A stretch of 64,000 nucleotides of DNA from a virus (IMGVR_UViG_3300023174_006147:20475-84474), one strand, 5' to 3'; counted from the stretch's first letter, positions 10,501 through 19,982 are shown. The notes: generated by a model not told the origin, from the sequence alone. Translations and numbers: made by a program.

Positions 10501-10846
10501 AAAAATAAATTTCTTTACAGTATTCTGCACCTAAAATCATGGTGCCACGATAATCACTGCCTTTGACCATTACGTCTGGATCAAATGCACGAATATTAGC
10601 AACGAGTTCTTCGTCACTGTCAAAAGTATTTACATAGTCAACATACCTTAGTGCCAATAACATGATTTTACGTTCTTCGGCAGTATTGATTGGTCTGCTC
10701 GGACCCTTGAGTTCGCTGACTCTTCTATCTGAATCAATTAAAACCAATACTCCTGAATTGGGATATGCAGTTTTTGCATGTCGGAGCAATTCAAGATGTC
10801 CGACATGCAAAATATCAAAGGTACCGTTTACTACAACTCTAGTCAT
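10442..10846 (-). CDS. RfaE/HldC-type nucleotidyltransferase
   Basis: GTFDILHVGH, LKGPSRP, KGSDY, STT. Confidence 0.9.
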   Translation of the reverse strand: MTRVVVNGTFDILHVGHLELLRHAKTAYPNSGVLVLIDSDRRVSELKGPSRPINTAEERKIMLLALRYVDYVNTFDSDEELVANIRAFDPDVMVKGSDYRGTMILGAEYCKEIYFYERLKHFSTTKKIQDITSR

Positions 10847-11336
10847 TGCCTAGTACTAGGCCCTTAAGGATATCTAAGGTTTCTAGCAGGTTGCCTGTGT
10901 GCAAGATGCCATTGCCGCCAACTTCAGTCCATTCGACGATATTGCTGGGCTTGTCGTCGATAAGAATATCGCCCGGCTTACAGTGATCCTTCTTGTTCTT
11001 GGCAAACGGGCCAAAGTGAACAGGAATATCCGGATAATGCTTCTGTCCCCAGAGCACCTTATCGTAAAACGCCCAATGAACATCGTTGCCCTTGGGAACA
11101 GCAGTTAAGAACAACAGTTCATAATTGCGGGTGTCTCGTAAATACCGACAGTATTCGACCAACGCATCTGCTTCCTTTGTTTTTTCAAGAAGAAAGTAGA
11201 TGCGAGGATCGCGGATAATGCTGCTCCAGACTTCATCAGGCCAGCGCCCATCAGGAGCAGGTTGTCCAAGTACCTTGCTGGCGTAGCCGTCAAAATCGGC
11301 AACTACACCATCCATGTCCAGAAAAATTGTGGTCAT
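10839..11336 (-). CDS. 5'(3')-deoxyribonucleotidase (HAD)
   Basis: DMDGVVADF, LIDD. Confidence 0.85.
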   Translation of the reverse strand: MTTIFLDMDGVVADFDGYASKVLGQPAPDGRWPDEVWSSIIRDPRIYFLLEKTKEADALVEYCRYLRDTRNYELLFLTAVPKGNDVHWAFYDKVLWGQKHYPDIPVHFGPFAKNKKDHCKPGDILIDDKPSNIVEWTEVGGNGILHTGNLLETLDILKGLVLGND

Positions 11337-11340
11337 AATT

Positions 11341-11850
11341 TTAATTCCCTTCTAAAACTTCCACGTCTGCAAAAGAATTCACTACCGTAATTTCACGAAA
11401 TCCTTCATCATGCGTAGGAAACTGAAACGATGCAAGCATGGACTGAATCACGTTTCCAGGAATCGTCTTACCCGGACGCGAGTTTAGGCGACGATTCCAT
11501 TCCGAGCGATCTTCAGGAACATCAAACACCACAGCGTTGAAAGTGTATCCATACTTTGCAAGAAAATCAATAAACTTACGACGGCTCTTTCTGCTCATGT
11601 TAGTACGATCAATGATAATCGGATCACCGTCCTCGGCGGTCATCTTAAGATCATTCCACATGACCTTGTCAGCGAAACCAACAAGTTCTTTGAACCCGTC
11701 ATCGTAGGTCATGCCATATTCATGAGCAATATCTTCGATGATTGAATCAGTGGATGCAACATAGGTATTTTCAATCCACGGCAAATTATCGACCCAGGTG
11801 CTTTTACCCGAGCAAGGAGCGCCGACGAGAATAGTACAAATCTTAGTCAT
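11341..11850 (-). CDS. Polynucleotide kinase-like P-loop protein (AAA_33)
   Basis: GAPCSGKST, IIDRTN, PTHDEGF. Confidence 0.85.
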   Translation of the reverse strand: MTKICTILVGAPCSGKSTWVDNLPWIENTYVASTDSIIEDIAHEYGMTYDDGFKELVGFADKVMWNDLKMTAEDGDPIIIDRTNMSRKSRRKFIDFLAKYGYTFNAVVFDVPEDRSEWNRRLNSRPGKTIPGNVIQSMLASFQFPTHDEGFREITVVNSFADVEVLEGN

Positions 11851-12071
11851 CTTACATCCTTTCTGTTGGTTGTTAGTGTATTATACACACTTTCTATTGA
11901 GAATACAAATAATTTATCGAGACTCGCCTATTTCCTTCATGAGAATTTGCAAGGCAGTTTCTCTGCGCTTTAAGGCAAATTCATAAGTGGGTCCCCAACT
12001 GAAGTCTTCTTCATCAGGCCCACACTCAAGCAGTGAATCGTAGACACGCTGTAGGTCTTCCTTGGTCATTG

Positions 12072-12245
12072 TCAAACTTCTTTTTTGGTGCTAATCACAA
12101 AAACTGCCTTATTCTTGACAGGATCAACATAGTGATCAATTCCAACGATTTCGGACCCATCCTGCATTGTGAATTCCTTGCCCCAAGCCCATAGAATCTC
12201 GTCCAGTGATACAACAGAAGTATGTTGCTTATATTCAGTCGTCAT
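12072..12245 (-). CDS. Small hypothetical protein
   Basis: Start at MTTEYK overlapping the upstream stop region. Confidence 0.5.
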   Translation of the reverse strand: MTTEYKQHTSVVSLDEILWAWGKEFTMQDGSEIVGIDHYVDPVKNKAVFVISTKKEV

Positions 12246-12528
12246 CTTCGTCCCAATCCCAGCTATTGCTGCCCCATTCTTCCTCCATTTGCTGACGAAA
12301 CGCCTCTTCACGTTCGCGTTCCTCTGCGGCCCACTTTTGTCTACACATTTCGTCATAGACTGCGTTAGAACCATTACCCCAATAGTTGCATTCCATGCCA
12401 CAGTCGGGACAGTATTCACGGCTCACAGTTTCGCGAAAGTTTTCGCTCCCACAATTGGGACAAGGATTGTTATGCAGCTTCTTGCCGTTATCTACCCAGC
12501 CGTTGTGTTCATTGTAATAACTAGTCAT
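12235..12528 (-). CDS. Zn-ribbon protein
   Basis: CPNC...CPDC. Confidence 0.65.
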   Translation of the reverse strand: MTSYYNEHNGWVDNGKKLHNNPCPNCGSENFRETVSREYCPDCGMECNYWGNGSNAVYDEMCRQKWAAEEREREEAFRQQMEEEWGSNSWDWDEDDD

Positions 12529-12682
12529 CTAACCTATCCAAATAATCTTGCCATTCGACTTCTGCCGAACCACCGGCTTGGTATCCGGCATCCCATGCTG
12601 CCTTTGCTACTTGAGAATAGCTGTCATTTTCCAAATCGGGCTTACTGCCATACTCTTTCTCAAACCAACGTTCAAAAGTCAT
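12521..12682 (-). CDS. Small MTF..W/AW(D/E)A family protein, copy 3
   Basis: MTFERWFEKEY...AKAAWDAGY; below the ORF track cutoff. Confidence 0.6.
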   Translation of the reverse strand: MTFERWFEKEYGSKPDLENDSYSQVAKAAWDAGYQAGGSAEVEWQDYLDRLDD

Positions 12683-12683
12683 A

Positions 12684-12824
12684 TCAAATATCCTCTACAG
12701 TTAGATTTTCACGAGAGGCTTCCCAAGCAGATTTACAAATCTCATAGCATTGGATCCGATCCTTGGCAGATTCATCGTCATAATCTTGAGGAAACTGTTC
12801 GTTGAACCATTGATCAAAGGTCAT
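12684..12824 (-). CDS. Small MTF..W family protein, copy 2
   Basis: MTFDQWFNEQF...KSAWEAS. Confidence 0.6.
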   Translation of the reverse strand: MTFDQWFNEQFPQDYDDESAKDRIQCYEICKSAWEASRENLTVEDI

Positions 12825-13024
12825 GTCTTGTCCCTTTCGTCTTGCCAGATTAGTTGACATTCACGAGCAGGGCAAATGTTCTTTGCGGACTCATACCCTT
12901 GATCGTATCCAGTTTCCTATGCTGCACGAGCAATGTTGATCCAAAAGCGATATGCGCTGGTAAGACTACTCCGGTCAGCAGGATGACATTTATCCTGAGT
13001 TGCGATCCATTCATCAAAAGTCAT
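12821..13024 (-). pseudogene. MTF..W family copy 1 with in-frame TAG at the conserved Trp
   Basis: MTFDEW...ARAA*ETGY; the frame continues to a TGA overlapping the next ATG. Confidence 0.6.
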
Positions 13025-13103
13025 TGTTCGTCCTTAAAGTTAGAGGAGAATAATTTTCTGTATAAATAAGTATAGCATAAAACAAGATGCAGTCAAGAAA
13101 AAA

Positions 13104-13161
13104 GTCCTTCGCGGTTCGGCAAAACCCAAGGACACTAACAGTTGTAAAGGAACTATCAGCA
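13104..13161 (+). promoter_or_regulatory. Structured leader of homing endonuclease gene (copy 1), after late promoter TATAAATA
   Basis: Similar to 40065-40122 with compensatory changes. Confidence 0.6.
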
Positions 13162-13860
13162 ATGTATTTATTCATATATAAAACAACCCATAAAAATGGC
13201 AAATATTATATTGGTCGTCATGAAACTGAAAATTTAAATGACGGATATTTAGGTTCTGGAAATTGGATTAAAAATATAAAAGATAAATCTACACTTTCTA
13301 GAGAAATCATAGCAGAAGCATCAACATTTGATGAGTTGTGTAAACTAGAAGAGTATTTCATTTCTCAACACTATGACGATCCAAACTGCATGAATTATAA
13401 AAGAGGAAGTATAGGCTGGACGTCTAAAGACGCGAGAGAGCAATTAGAAAAAGGAATACATCCTTTTTCTAAAGGAAGAAATCCAGGACCCGCAGCAACT
13501 AGTCGAAGAATGAAAAATGGGTCTCATAATTTTATTGGTGAATCTAATCCGGTGCATAAACAATTAGAAAAAGGAATACATCCTTTTGTAGGAGGCGAAT
13601 TTCAGAGATCAAGAGTTGCTGATGGCACACATAATTTCTTAGGTGAAAATAATCCTAATTACGAAAGACTGATTAATGGAACACATAATTTCTTGGGCGA
13701 AAAGAATCCCGGCGGCGAGGCCAGCAGACGAAGAGTTGCCGATGGCACACATAATTTTCAAAAAATGTGGACTTGTCCACATTGTGGGAAAACCGGCCAA
13801 GGGACAAGTAATTTTGCCCGTTGGCACGGCGATAATTGTAAATTAATTATTAAGAAATGA
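13162..13860 (+). CDS. GIY-YIG homing endonuclease with G(T/I)H(N/P)F repeats and C-terminal CxxC
   Basis: FIYKTT..KYYIGRH, YLGSG; SD AAAGGA precedes ATG 13162. Confidence 0.85.
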   Translation: MYLFIYKTTHKNGKYYIGRHETENLNDGYLGSGNWIKNIKDKSTLSREIIAEASTFDELCKLEEYFISQHYDDPNCMNYKRGSIGWTSKDAREQLEKGIHPFSKGRNPGPAATSRRMKNGSHNFIGESNPVHKQLEKGIHPFVGGEFQRSRVADGTHNFLGENNPNYERLINGTHNFLGEKNPGGEASRRRVADGTHNFQKMWTCPHCGKTGQGTSNFARWHGDNCKLIIKK

Positions 13861-14718
13861 CCGAATATATTCCAATCTGGATTGTTCGTCCATTTCGTTA
13901 AACTGGTCCTTTATCTCGGACAGATGAGTAACAAGTGGATAAAATTCTTCATTTACTAAAGTTTTGTTTAGATTCATGATATCTTTTTTCCTTGACAATG
14001 CCTTCTTAACCAAATAATACGGCGACTTGATCTTGAATGCATCACCTGATTCAGTGTATGCAACGAATCCTTCGTGGCGGACGGTCTTCACAGCCTTACG
14101 CAGGTCACCTACTGTAGTACGGAAACCTTCTACCGGCAAGCAGCCGAACTGAATACCAAATACCGCAAGAGCATGAGAATCAACCTTTACAGGACTATCC
14201 CATTCCTTCAAACGGTAACCGATCAAGTACATGCCTTCCTCTTCAGGAATGATGTGCGGATCATTACGATGCACACATTCAAACATAAAAGTCAGGCGCG
14301 GATTTGCACGACAAATCTCACGATATGCGCCCACGTCAATAAGCTCACGAGCCATTGCACAGAAGTCGCTGTCCAGGCTACCGGTAGTGCTCACAAGGAT
14401 ATCTCCATCGTGCCAGGTAACCGAAACCATGAAGCCGTTGATCTTGCGATAAGCATCAACAACAGTATCGTCACTGAGCTTAGGAGCCTGCTTCTCAATA
14501 CCGTAGTTGTACACTTTCGTAAATGGCCGCGAAATGAGGTTGAAGTCCTTGTCAATCACAGTGCCGCGACATTCCTCAAGGAAACGATTCCACAAATTTT
14601 TATAAAATACGGTTTTGGAATACTTGAGCACAAACAAGCCTGGATAGTTCACACTTTCGCGCATCTTAACCAGCTTGGGATTCTTTTCAACCCAATTCTT
14701 AAGTTCGATCTTGTTCAT
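13843..14718 (-). CDS. T4 Rnl1-like RNA ligase
   Basis: ECRG, PFTK, KING (motif I), FE, EGFV, KIKS. Confidence 0.88.
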   Translation of the reverse strand: MNKIELKNWVEKNPKLVKMRESVNYPGLFVLKYSKTVFYKNLWNRFLEECRGTVIDKDFNLISRPFTKVYNYGIEKQAPKLSDDTVVDAYRKINGFMVSVTWHDGDILVSTTGSLDSDFCAMARELIDVGAYREICRANPRLTFMFECVHRNDPHIIPEEEGMYLIGYRLKEWDSPVKVDSHALAVFGIQFGCLPVEGFRTTVGDLRKAVKTVRHEGFVAYTESGDAFKIKSPYYLVKKALSRKKDIMNLNKTLVNEEFYPLVTHLSEIKDQFNEMDEQSRLEYIRSFLNN

Positions 14719-14788
14719 GTCTGTGTCCTTGTGTGTTTAACTTACTTGCACAGTATACTGATTTTACCAGAGGGCGTCAAGCTATGTT

Positions 14789-14983
14789 TTAATTAAACCA
14801 TCCCATCCAATCGCAGAACAAAAATACAGGAAAGACAGGTACCCACCAAAACATGATGATCATGAAATCAGTAGCTCGTTCATCACCTGGTGCCTCATAC
14901 GACTCAGACCATTCAAGATAATCTTGATAGTCTGCTTCCCATTCTTTCTGTATCGCTATCCACCTTTCCTTATAATCATCCAT
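14789..14983 (-). CDS. Small membrane protein
   Basis: Start at MDDYKE after SD; hydrophobic C-terminus. Confidence 0.5.
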   Translation of the reverse strand: MDDYKERWIAIQKEWEADYQDYLEWSESYEAPGDERATDFMIIMFWWVPVFPVFLFCDWMGWFN

Positions 14984-14993
14984 TGCGGATCCT

Positions 14994-15392
14994 TTAGTTG
15001 TTCTTGGGGAAAATAATGTGACAAGGTTTGCTTTTTTTAACAGCATAATCATTGGTATACCAGGTGCCGCCTTGACTCTGGTGACTGTCCTGATAGGGTA
15101 CAACAAGCAGCACATCAGTCTCGTCTACAATGTTGCGATTTCTAGCAAAATAGGACTTAGGTTCACGAATCTCATCTGACTTGTGATAAGCACGAAGCTC
15201 ATCTTTAACAGGAGGATGACACACTGTACGCCAGCCCAACTTTTCAGCAATCTTAGCTGCCTCAACATCAACACCGACGCAATCCCCGTGATGGAATTCG
15301 CCGGTGCCGAGTTCGGTTAAGAGTTCAGTAAACTCTTGTTTTTGACGCTTGTTCATTCCTGAACGTGTGCCAGTTACGCCGACTTTGACCAT
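14994..15392 (-). CDS. SLOG-superfamily nucleotide-binding protein
   Basis: GVTGTR, HGDCVGVD, RNRNIVD, GGTWYT. Confidence 0.75.
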   Translation of the reverse strand: MVKVGVTGTRSGMNKRQKQEFTELLTELGTGEFHHGDCVGVDVEAAKIAEKLGWRTVCHPPVKDELRAYHKSDEIREPKSYFARNRNIVDETDVLLVVPYQDSHQSQGGTWYTNDYAVKKSKPCHIIFPKNN

Positions 15393-15934
15393 TAGTGATG
15401 TCCCTTAATCGCACCCTTGGCAGCATCGGCACAGATGTCGTCCAGCAGTGTAACAACATTGCCAGTAGCATCCATGCCCACATCCCGGGCACGATATGCT
15501 TCTAAGCCGCTAACACCACCATGAACGTGTCCGAACAGGTGGATAGCACCGTGATGCATACGATCCCACTCGGCGATTGGGTAATGAAACATGATCACAG
15601 GCTTCTTGTCGTAGCGCACGGTGTCCAAGTAAACATGAACTTCTTTAAAGCAACGACGGAATACAGGATCCTTGAGCAGCTTCCGATCGTGATTGCCTTC
15701 AATCAGGATCTTATCACCATTCAGCTGATTCAAGATTGCCACAGCTTTGTTTGAAGGCAGGAACGCAAAGTCGCCCAGGATGTAGACAGTGTCCTCTGGA
15801 GCAACCTTGGCATTCCACTCGCGAATCATGCTCTGATTCATATCTTCAACGTCCTTGTACTTTCGAGTCTCAGGACAAAATTTCATGATGTTAGTGTGAC
15901 CAAAGTGCAGATCACTTGATACCCAAGTTTTCAT
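15392..15934 (-). CDS. Calcineurin-like metallophosphoesterase
   Basis: SDLHFGH, LGD, GNHD, GHVH. Confidence 0.9.
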   Translation of the reverse strand: MKTWVSSDLHFGHTNIMKFCPETRKYKDVEDMNQSMIREWNAKVAPEDTVYILGDFAFLPSNKAVAILNQLNGDKILIEGNHDRKLLKDPVFRRCFKEVHVYLDTVRYDKKPVIMFHYPIAEWDRMHHGAIHLFGHVHGGVSGLEAYRARDVGMDATGNVVTLLDDICADAAKGAIKGHH

Positions 15935-15945
15935 TATCTAATTCC

Positions 15946-16167
15946 TTAATCTACGATCTTGCAGTAGCGAACCTGAAAGCCGAATGCATCCTTACGCATT
16001 TTGCCAAACTTTGATTCGTGCCACACATAATCTTCGTTAATTTCTACGATAGTAACTTCGTAGTCGCTACCATCCGCTGGCGCCCAACGCTGACCAACCT
16101 TAACCTCACTAGCAGGAAAAATGTGTCCGCATACGAGCTTTCGTTCATTTACAACTTCAATACGCAT
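15946..16167 (-). CDS. Hypothetical protein
   Basis: ORF with SD. Confidence 0.55.
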   Translation of the reverse strand: MRIEVVNERKLVCGHIFPASEVKVGQRWAPADGSDYEVTIVEINEDYVWHESKFGKMRKDAFGFQVRYCKIVD

Positions 16168-16228
16168 AACAATCTCCTGTGCGTTGTTTACTTACATATT
16201 ATATTAGGTTTAAACACACCAGTCAACA

Positions 16229-16262
16229 AAAAAGCCCTGCTAAATTAATAGCAGGGCCTTTT
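16229..16262. terminator. Intrinsic terminator
   Basis: gccctgcta/tagcagggc hairpin flanked by A and T tracts. Confidence 0.75.
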
Positions 16263-16396
16263 AAATTAGTTAGTTGTAGTATTCTTCTTACGGTTCTTGA
16301 ACATGTAACGTAAAAACAACACCGAAGTTAGTACAACACCTGCAATAAAACTAAAAAAGTTATATTCAAGTACACTTGAGAATGCAGTACAAAGCA

Positions 16397-17053
16397 TTAT
16401 CGATTGTTCCTGATGTAGTTACGAATCTTAACAAAGATCCAAACAAGTGCAGCAATAAATGCAATCAGTGTAAGCAGGTTAACAAAACCCCAAAAGATCA
16501 TTCCAAAGAATCCAGGACCACTGTTGACTACAGGAGCACCGCCTACATAACCTCCTTCGTTATACATAGGAGGCTGTGCATAACCACCGCCGTTAACAAC
16601 GACCGGAGCAGCGTGGTGACCATCTCCAAAAATCATGTTACCAAGAATAGACCCGGTAAAAGCGCCGCCAAACGAACTGGCAAATCCACCGCCGCCGAAT
16701 CCACCGCCGCCAAATCCGCCACCATTGTTGTTATAGTTGTTATAGGTATTACCGCCGCGATTGTAACCATTGTATGGACGCTGAACTACACGAGTCTGCG
16801 CAGGTCGCGAAGTATTGTAGGAAGGTCCCGAACTAAAGCGCGGCTGGGTTGCGGCAGGCCGTGAATACGAAGAGCTAGGACGATAGCTGCTCTGATAGCT
16901 TCTACTGGGACGATAGCTTGAGCCCGAACTATAGCTGCGCGAGCTAGAATACGAACTTCGGCTACTGGAAGAACTACTACCATACTTTCCGGCAAGTGCA
17001 GGCTGAGCAATCATAAGAGCGGCCATAAAGCCAATAACAAACTTCTTAAACAT
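16397..17053 (-). CDS. Secreted or membrane Ser/Gly-rich low-complexity protein
   Basis: Signal peptide (AQPALA) and C-terminal TM. Confidence 0.75.
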   Translation of the reverse strand: MFKKFVIGFMAALMIAQPALAGKYGSSSSSSRSSYSSSRSYSSGSSYRPSRSYQSSYRPSSSYSRPAATQPRFSSGPSYNTSRPAQTRVVQRPYNGYNRGGNTYNNYNNNGGGFGGGGFGGGGFASSFGGAFTGSILGNMIFGDGHHAAPVVVNGGGYAQPPMYNEGGYVGGAPVVNSGPGFFGMIFWGFVNLLTLIAFIAALVWIFVKIRNYIRNNR

Positions 17054-17064
17054 AATAAAATTCC

Positions 17065-17292
17065 TTATTCAGGGGGGAGGATAGTGAGGATCTTGCCTAA
17101 GATGTCTGACTTAGACTCAAAACCATTGGATTCATCAAGTTGGTTAAAATAATCAACTAGCTGGTTGAGAGTATTTTCCTTACCCTCGAGGTACTCAATA
17201 TAATTCTGCGCTTCATCGATGACCTTGCCAACTGCATAGGGCTGTGTTGAGCGAATGTTATTAAAGTCTTCAAACAAACCTTCGTAATTCAT
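17065..17292 (-). CDS. Hypothetical protein
   Basis: ORF with SD. Confidence 0.6.
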   Translation of the reverse strand: MNYEGLFEDFNNIRSTQPYAVGKVIDEAQNYIEYLEGKENTLNQLVDYFNQLDESNGFESKSDILGKILTILPPE

Positions 17293-17304
17293 CTTAATTT
17301 CCTT

Positions 17305-17619
17305 TTACCAAGAGCCACTATCACAACTAGAACTGCTGTCAGAACTACAGCTGGAATCATAACTGGAACCGCTGTCATAACTTGAACTTGAAAGCATATT
17401 AGATATTGCTACAGAAGTAAGTATATCGGTTGTGCTATCATTATATGATGGCGAAGAATAATTTTCACGACTTGCGGGATGAACAATTCCTTTTGACTTT
17501 ACATCTGATCTGAATTTGTTTGCTTCTTTTTCAGTTAATGGCTTCATATGAGGAGCCACAGTGGGTTCTATAACAGAAACTAGTTCTTTTTTCTTCTTAC
17601 GCTTAAAAAATGAAAACAT
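17305..17619 (-). CDS. Hypothetical protein with Ser-rich tail
   Basis: Start at MFSFFKR after SD. Confidence 0.6.
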   Translation of the reverse strand: MFSFFKRKKKKELVSVIEPTVAPHMKPLTEKEANKFRSDVKSKGIVHPASRENYSSPSYNDSTTDILTSVAISNMLSSSSYDSGSSYDSSCSSDSSSSCDSGSW

Positions 17620-17679
17620 AAATGTTCCTTTATTGTTTACACATATAGTATACAAAACTTATTACATGGAGTCAAGACA

Positions 17680-17715
17680 AAAAAATAGCTCTGGCAAATT
17701 AATGCCAGAGCTATT
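17680..17715 (-). terminator. Intrinsic terminator after the DUF2828 gene
   Basis: atagctctggca/tgccagagctat hairpin plus U tract on the minus strand. Confidence 0.8.
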
Positions 17716-17724
17716 AGGGAAGGA

Positions 17725-19143
17725 TTAGATATCGTAACGAGGATTCATGATGGCCTTCATCATAATTCCAGTAGGAGTAAACTCCTGCATATCAGCAGCA
17801 AGCAGTGCCTTGACAATGCTTGGGCTGAAACCGCTCACGAGTGCAGCACCCGACTTGTCTGCTTTCACCGGAACGTTATCACTAGCGTTCAGGTTCCAGA
17901 AGACAACCTGCGGAACAGTATAACCTGCTTCTGCGTACTTACGTTCGATCATCTGAATTGCAGTGTCGTCGTAGTTACTGCAACAATTAAACTGCATGTC
18001 CGAGAGGATAAGCAGCATTTCAGGCATTTCACCCTGAGGTACACCGTTCTTGACTGCAACATCAAGGATCTTGTTGAATGCAGCGTGTAGGTTAGTACTC
18101 ATGCCCCATTCGCTCTTGGCCATCTGTGCAGCCTTTTCAACAACATTGCCCTTGAGAGTAACTAGTTGAGGACTGGAACTGAAAGTAAGGAAAGTGTCCT
18201 TGAACTTGCCAGTGTTCTTGTCCGCAAGATAGAGACCCAGTGAAACTGCAACGTCAAGGCAAGTAACCTCACTCTTAGAAGAGCTACCACCTGCACGACA
18301 AGTCATAGAACCCGAAACATCAACAAGTGGAAGAATGTTTGCATCCCCAACATAGTTAGGAAGTGCATTCCACTGTGCCACAACGTGATCAAGCTCAGTC
18401 TTACCCAGCGAAGGACCATAGTGACGAATGACGCCCTTAAGAACATCATACGGATATACTGCACCAGCGTTGACCTTGGCAGTAGGATCACCCTTTACCA
18501 GCTTGGCAACGTACTCAGCAAACTTAGGAGTATTGCGAGTAAATGCCTTCTTGTAGCGCGAAGCTGCAAGACTAGGAACATGGTTAAAGTTGATGTTGTC
18601 CCAATCCTTAGCACACATCTGAGTTTCAACAACCTTGGTCAGGTTAACCAGAGTCTTACGATACTGCTTAGGGCTCATACCAAGTGCAGATCGAAGTTCT
18701 GCTGCCACTGCGCCCTTGCGAGGCATCCACTTGGCGCAAAGACCATTGCCACTGGCAAGTGCTTCTGCGATCAGTGCGTATGCTTCGGTCTTGAGATCGA
18801 TGGTTTCAAAGACGAGTAGATCGTCCCATCGGCCAATTTCTGGTACCTTTGCAAGAAGTGCCTTTGCTGCATCGGGGTCAGTCTTTTCCAGCTGAACAAG
18901 GATGTCACGGAAAATCTTACGTTCGCCTGCACCGCCACGAGCGTCACGCGCCCACTGTGCAACGCGCAGTGCAATTTCTCGATTTTCCACGAATGCACCA
19001 GTAAAGGCAGGGACGATATTCTTGCCACGGCTCGCGCCAATTGCAAAGAAAAGGTCAACGTTCTTGGACGCTGACGACTTAAGAGCCCGCATGCCGTTAG
19101 TGGTACGAGCTTCCTGGTTTGCTACTGCTTCTACAAAATTCAT
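17725..19143 (-). CDS. DUF2828 / TROVE-like helical + vWA protein (Ro60-related)
   Basis: RDARGGAGER, GRWDDL, AKWMPR, MIDAS DVSGSM, LSDMQF, VFWNL, SGFS. Confidence 0.85.
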   Translation of the reverse strand: MNFVEAVANQEARTTNGMRALKSSASKNVDLFFAIGASRGKNIVPAFTGAFVENREIALRVAQWARDARGGAGERKIFRDILVQLEKTDPDAAKALLAKVPEIGRWDDLLVFETIDLKTEAYALIAEALASGNGLCAKWMPRKGAVAAELRSALGMSPKQYRKTLVNLTKVVETQMCAKDWDNINFNHVPSLAASRYKKAFTRNTPKFAEYVAKLVKGDPTAKVNAGAVYPYDVLKGVIRHYGPSLGKTELDHVVAQWNALPNYVGDANILPLVDVSGSMTCRAGGSSSKSEVTCLDVAVSLGLYLADKNTGKFKDTFLTFSSSPQLVTLKGNVVEKAAQMAKSEWGMSTNLHAAFNKILDVAVKNGVPQGEMPEMLLILSDMQFNCCSNYDDTAIQMIERKYAEAGYTVPQVVFWNLNASDNVPVKADKSGAALVSGFSPSIVKALLAADMQEFTPTGIMMKAIMNPRYDI

Positions 19144-19156
19144 GTTTATTTCCTTT

Positions 19157-19209
19157 CAGGTTAATTTGGTTTGCTTTATGAATGCAAGTTTCTGTGCTGT
19201 TTTTAACCT
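19157..19209 (-). promoter_or_regulatory. Family-A RNA motif in the 5' UTR of the DUF2828 gene
   Basis: AGGTTAA-AAACAGCA...TTAACCTG abutting SD AAAGGA. Confidence 0.7.
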
Positions 19210-19236
19210 ATTAAACAATGTGCTTAATATGTGTGT

Positions 19237-19265
19237 ATTATAGTGTATTGTGTTGACTGCGTCAA
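19237..19265 (-). promoter_or_regulatory. Sigma70-like promoter
   Basis: TTGACG-N17-TATAAT. Confidence 0.75.
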
Positions 19266-19275
19266 CATATATTTT

Positions 19276-19384
19276 ACAGGATGTTGTGACATTAAAAGAC
19301 CGGGAGTCGAACCCATTGTCACTGTCCCCACTGGACTGGCCCGCTAGTTTTGAGAGCGAATAATGATTGCGGTAATCATCCTAA
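19276..19384 (-). ncRNA. Family-A Y-like RNA with T-arm cargo
   Basis: AGGATG-ATTACCGCA...GGGTTCGACTCCC...CATCCTG. Confidence 0.7.
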
Positions 19385-19401
19385 AATATGATTTGAATTA
19401 A

Positions 19402-19467
19402 ACAGGATGCCTTTTTTGCTTTTTTGATTACAAGTCAAGTGCATAAAGGTTTGCTGCAGGCATCCTT
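19402..19467 (-). ncRNA. Family-A Y-like RNA with Thr(UGU) anticodon-loop cargo
   Basis: AGGATGCC-TGCAGCA...TTGA-CTTGTAA-TCAA...GGCATCCTG. Confidence 0.7.
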
Positions 19468-19474
19468 AAACTTA

Positions 19475-19873
19475 TTAGGTAAACGTCTTTAACGCTTTGA
19501 TATCGTCACCAACATTGTCTTCCAAAATTGGTCCAAGACCTAAGCAAGTAGTTGTTGGTTCATCGAATACTGTGAAACCAGCATCAGTCACAAGACTAGT
19601 ACCACAGATATCCTTGTACTTTTCTTGTAGAGCCTTAAGCTCTTCGACGGTATCGACAATTAAGGTAATTTTATAAGCACGATCACCATTCTGGTACTTT
19701 TCTGCATCACTAGGTTCGTCAATGGCAAATCCATGTTCACCAGGAAATCTTTTTACAGAATCCCAAAAACTGTGAAGATAGGCGTGTCCTGCCTGAGTAC
19801 ACATCTTACCACGAATACCGTTCATTTTCTTTACCGATTCAAGGGCAAAGATACAGTACATTTTAACTTTCAT
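19475..19873 (-). CDS. Peptidyl-tRNA hydrolase PTH2 family
   Basis: GKMCTQAGHA, KITL, DAGFT, TCLGLGP; start at MKVKMY. Confidence 0.88.
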   Translation of the reverse strand: MKVKMYCIFALESVKKMNGIRGKMCTQAGHAYLHSFWDSVKRFPGEHGFAIDEPSDAEKYQNGDRAYKITLIVDTVEELKALQEKYKDICGTSLVTDAGFTVFDEPTTTCLGLGPILEDNVGDDIKALKTFT

Positions 19874-19891
19874 ATCTCTACCTTTCAAAAT

Positions 19892-19969
19892 TGGAGCGCC
19901 GGGCGTGATTCGAACACGCGGTGTTACTGCTTTGCAGGCAGTTGCATTGGGCCTCTCTGCCACCGACGC
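19892..19969 (-). tRNA. tRNA-Cys(GCA)
   Basis: Cloverleaf with encoded CCA. Confidence 0.9.
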
Positions 19970-19982
19970 ATTATTTAAATTC

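Noticed and set aside
12169-12747. Plus-strand ORFs such as 12169-12747, 14074-14796, 16376-16864 and 61048-61674
   Set aside because: Antisense shadows of well-supported minus-strand genes.
13087-13860. Group I intron around the GIY-YIG gene
   Set aside because: The flanking genes appear complete and no P7-like core was recognised; treated as free-standing.
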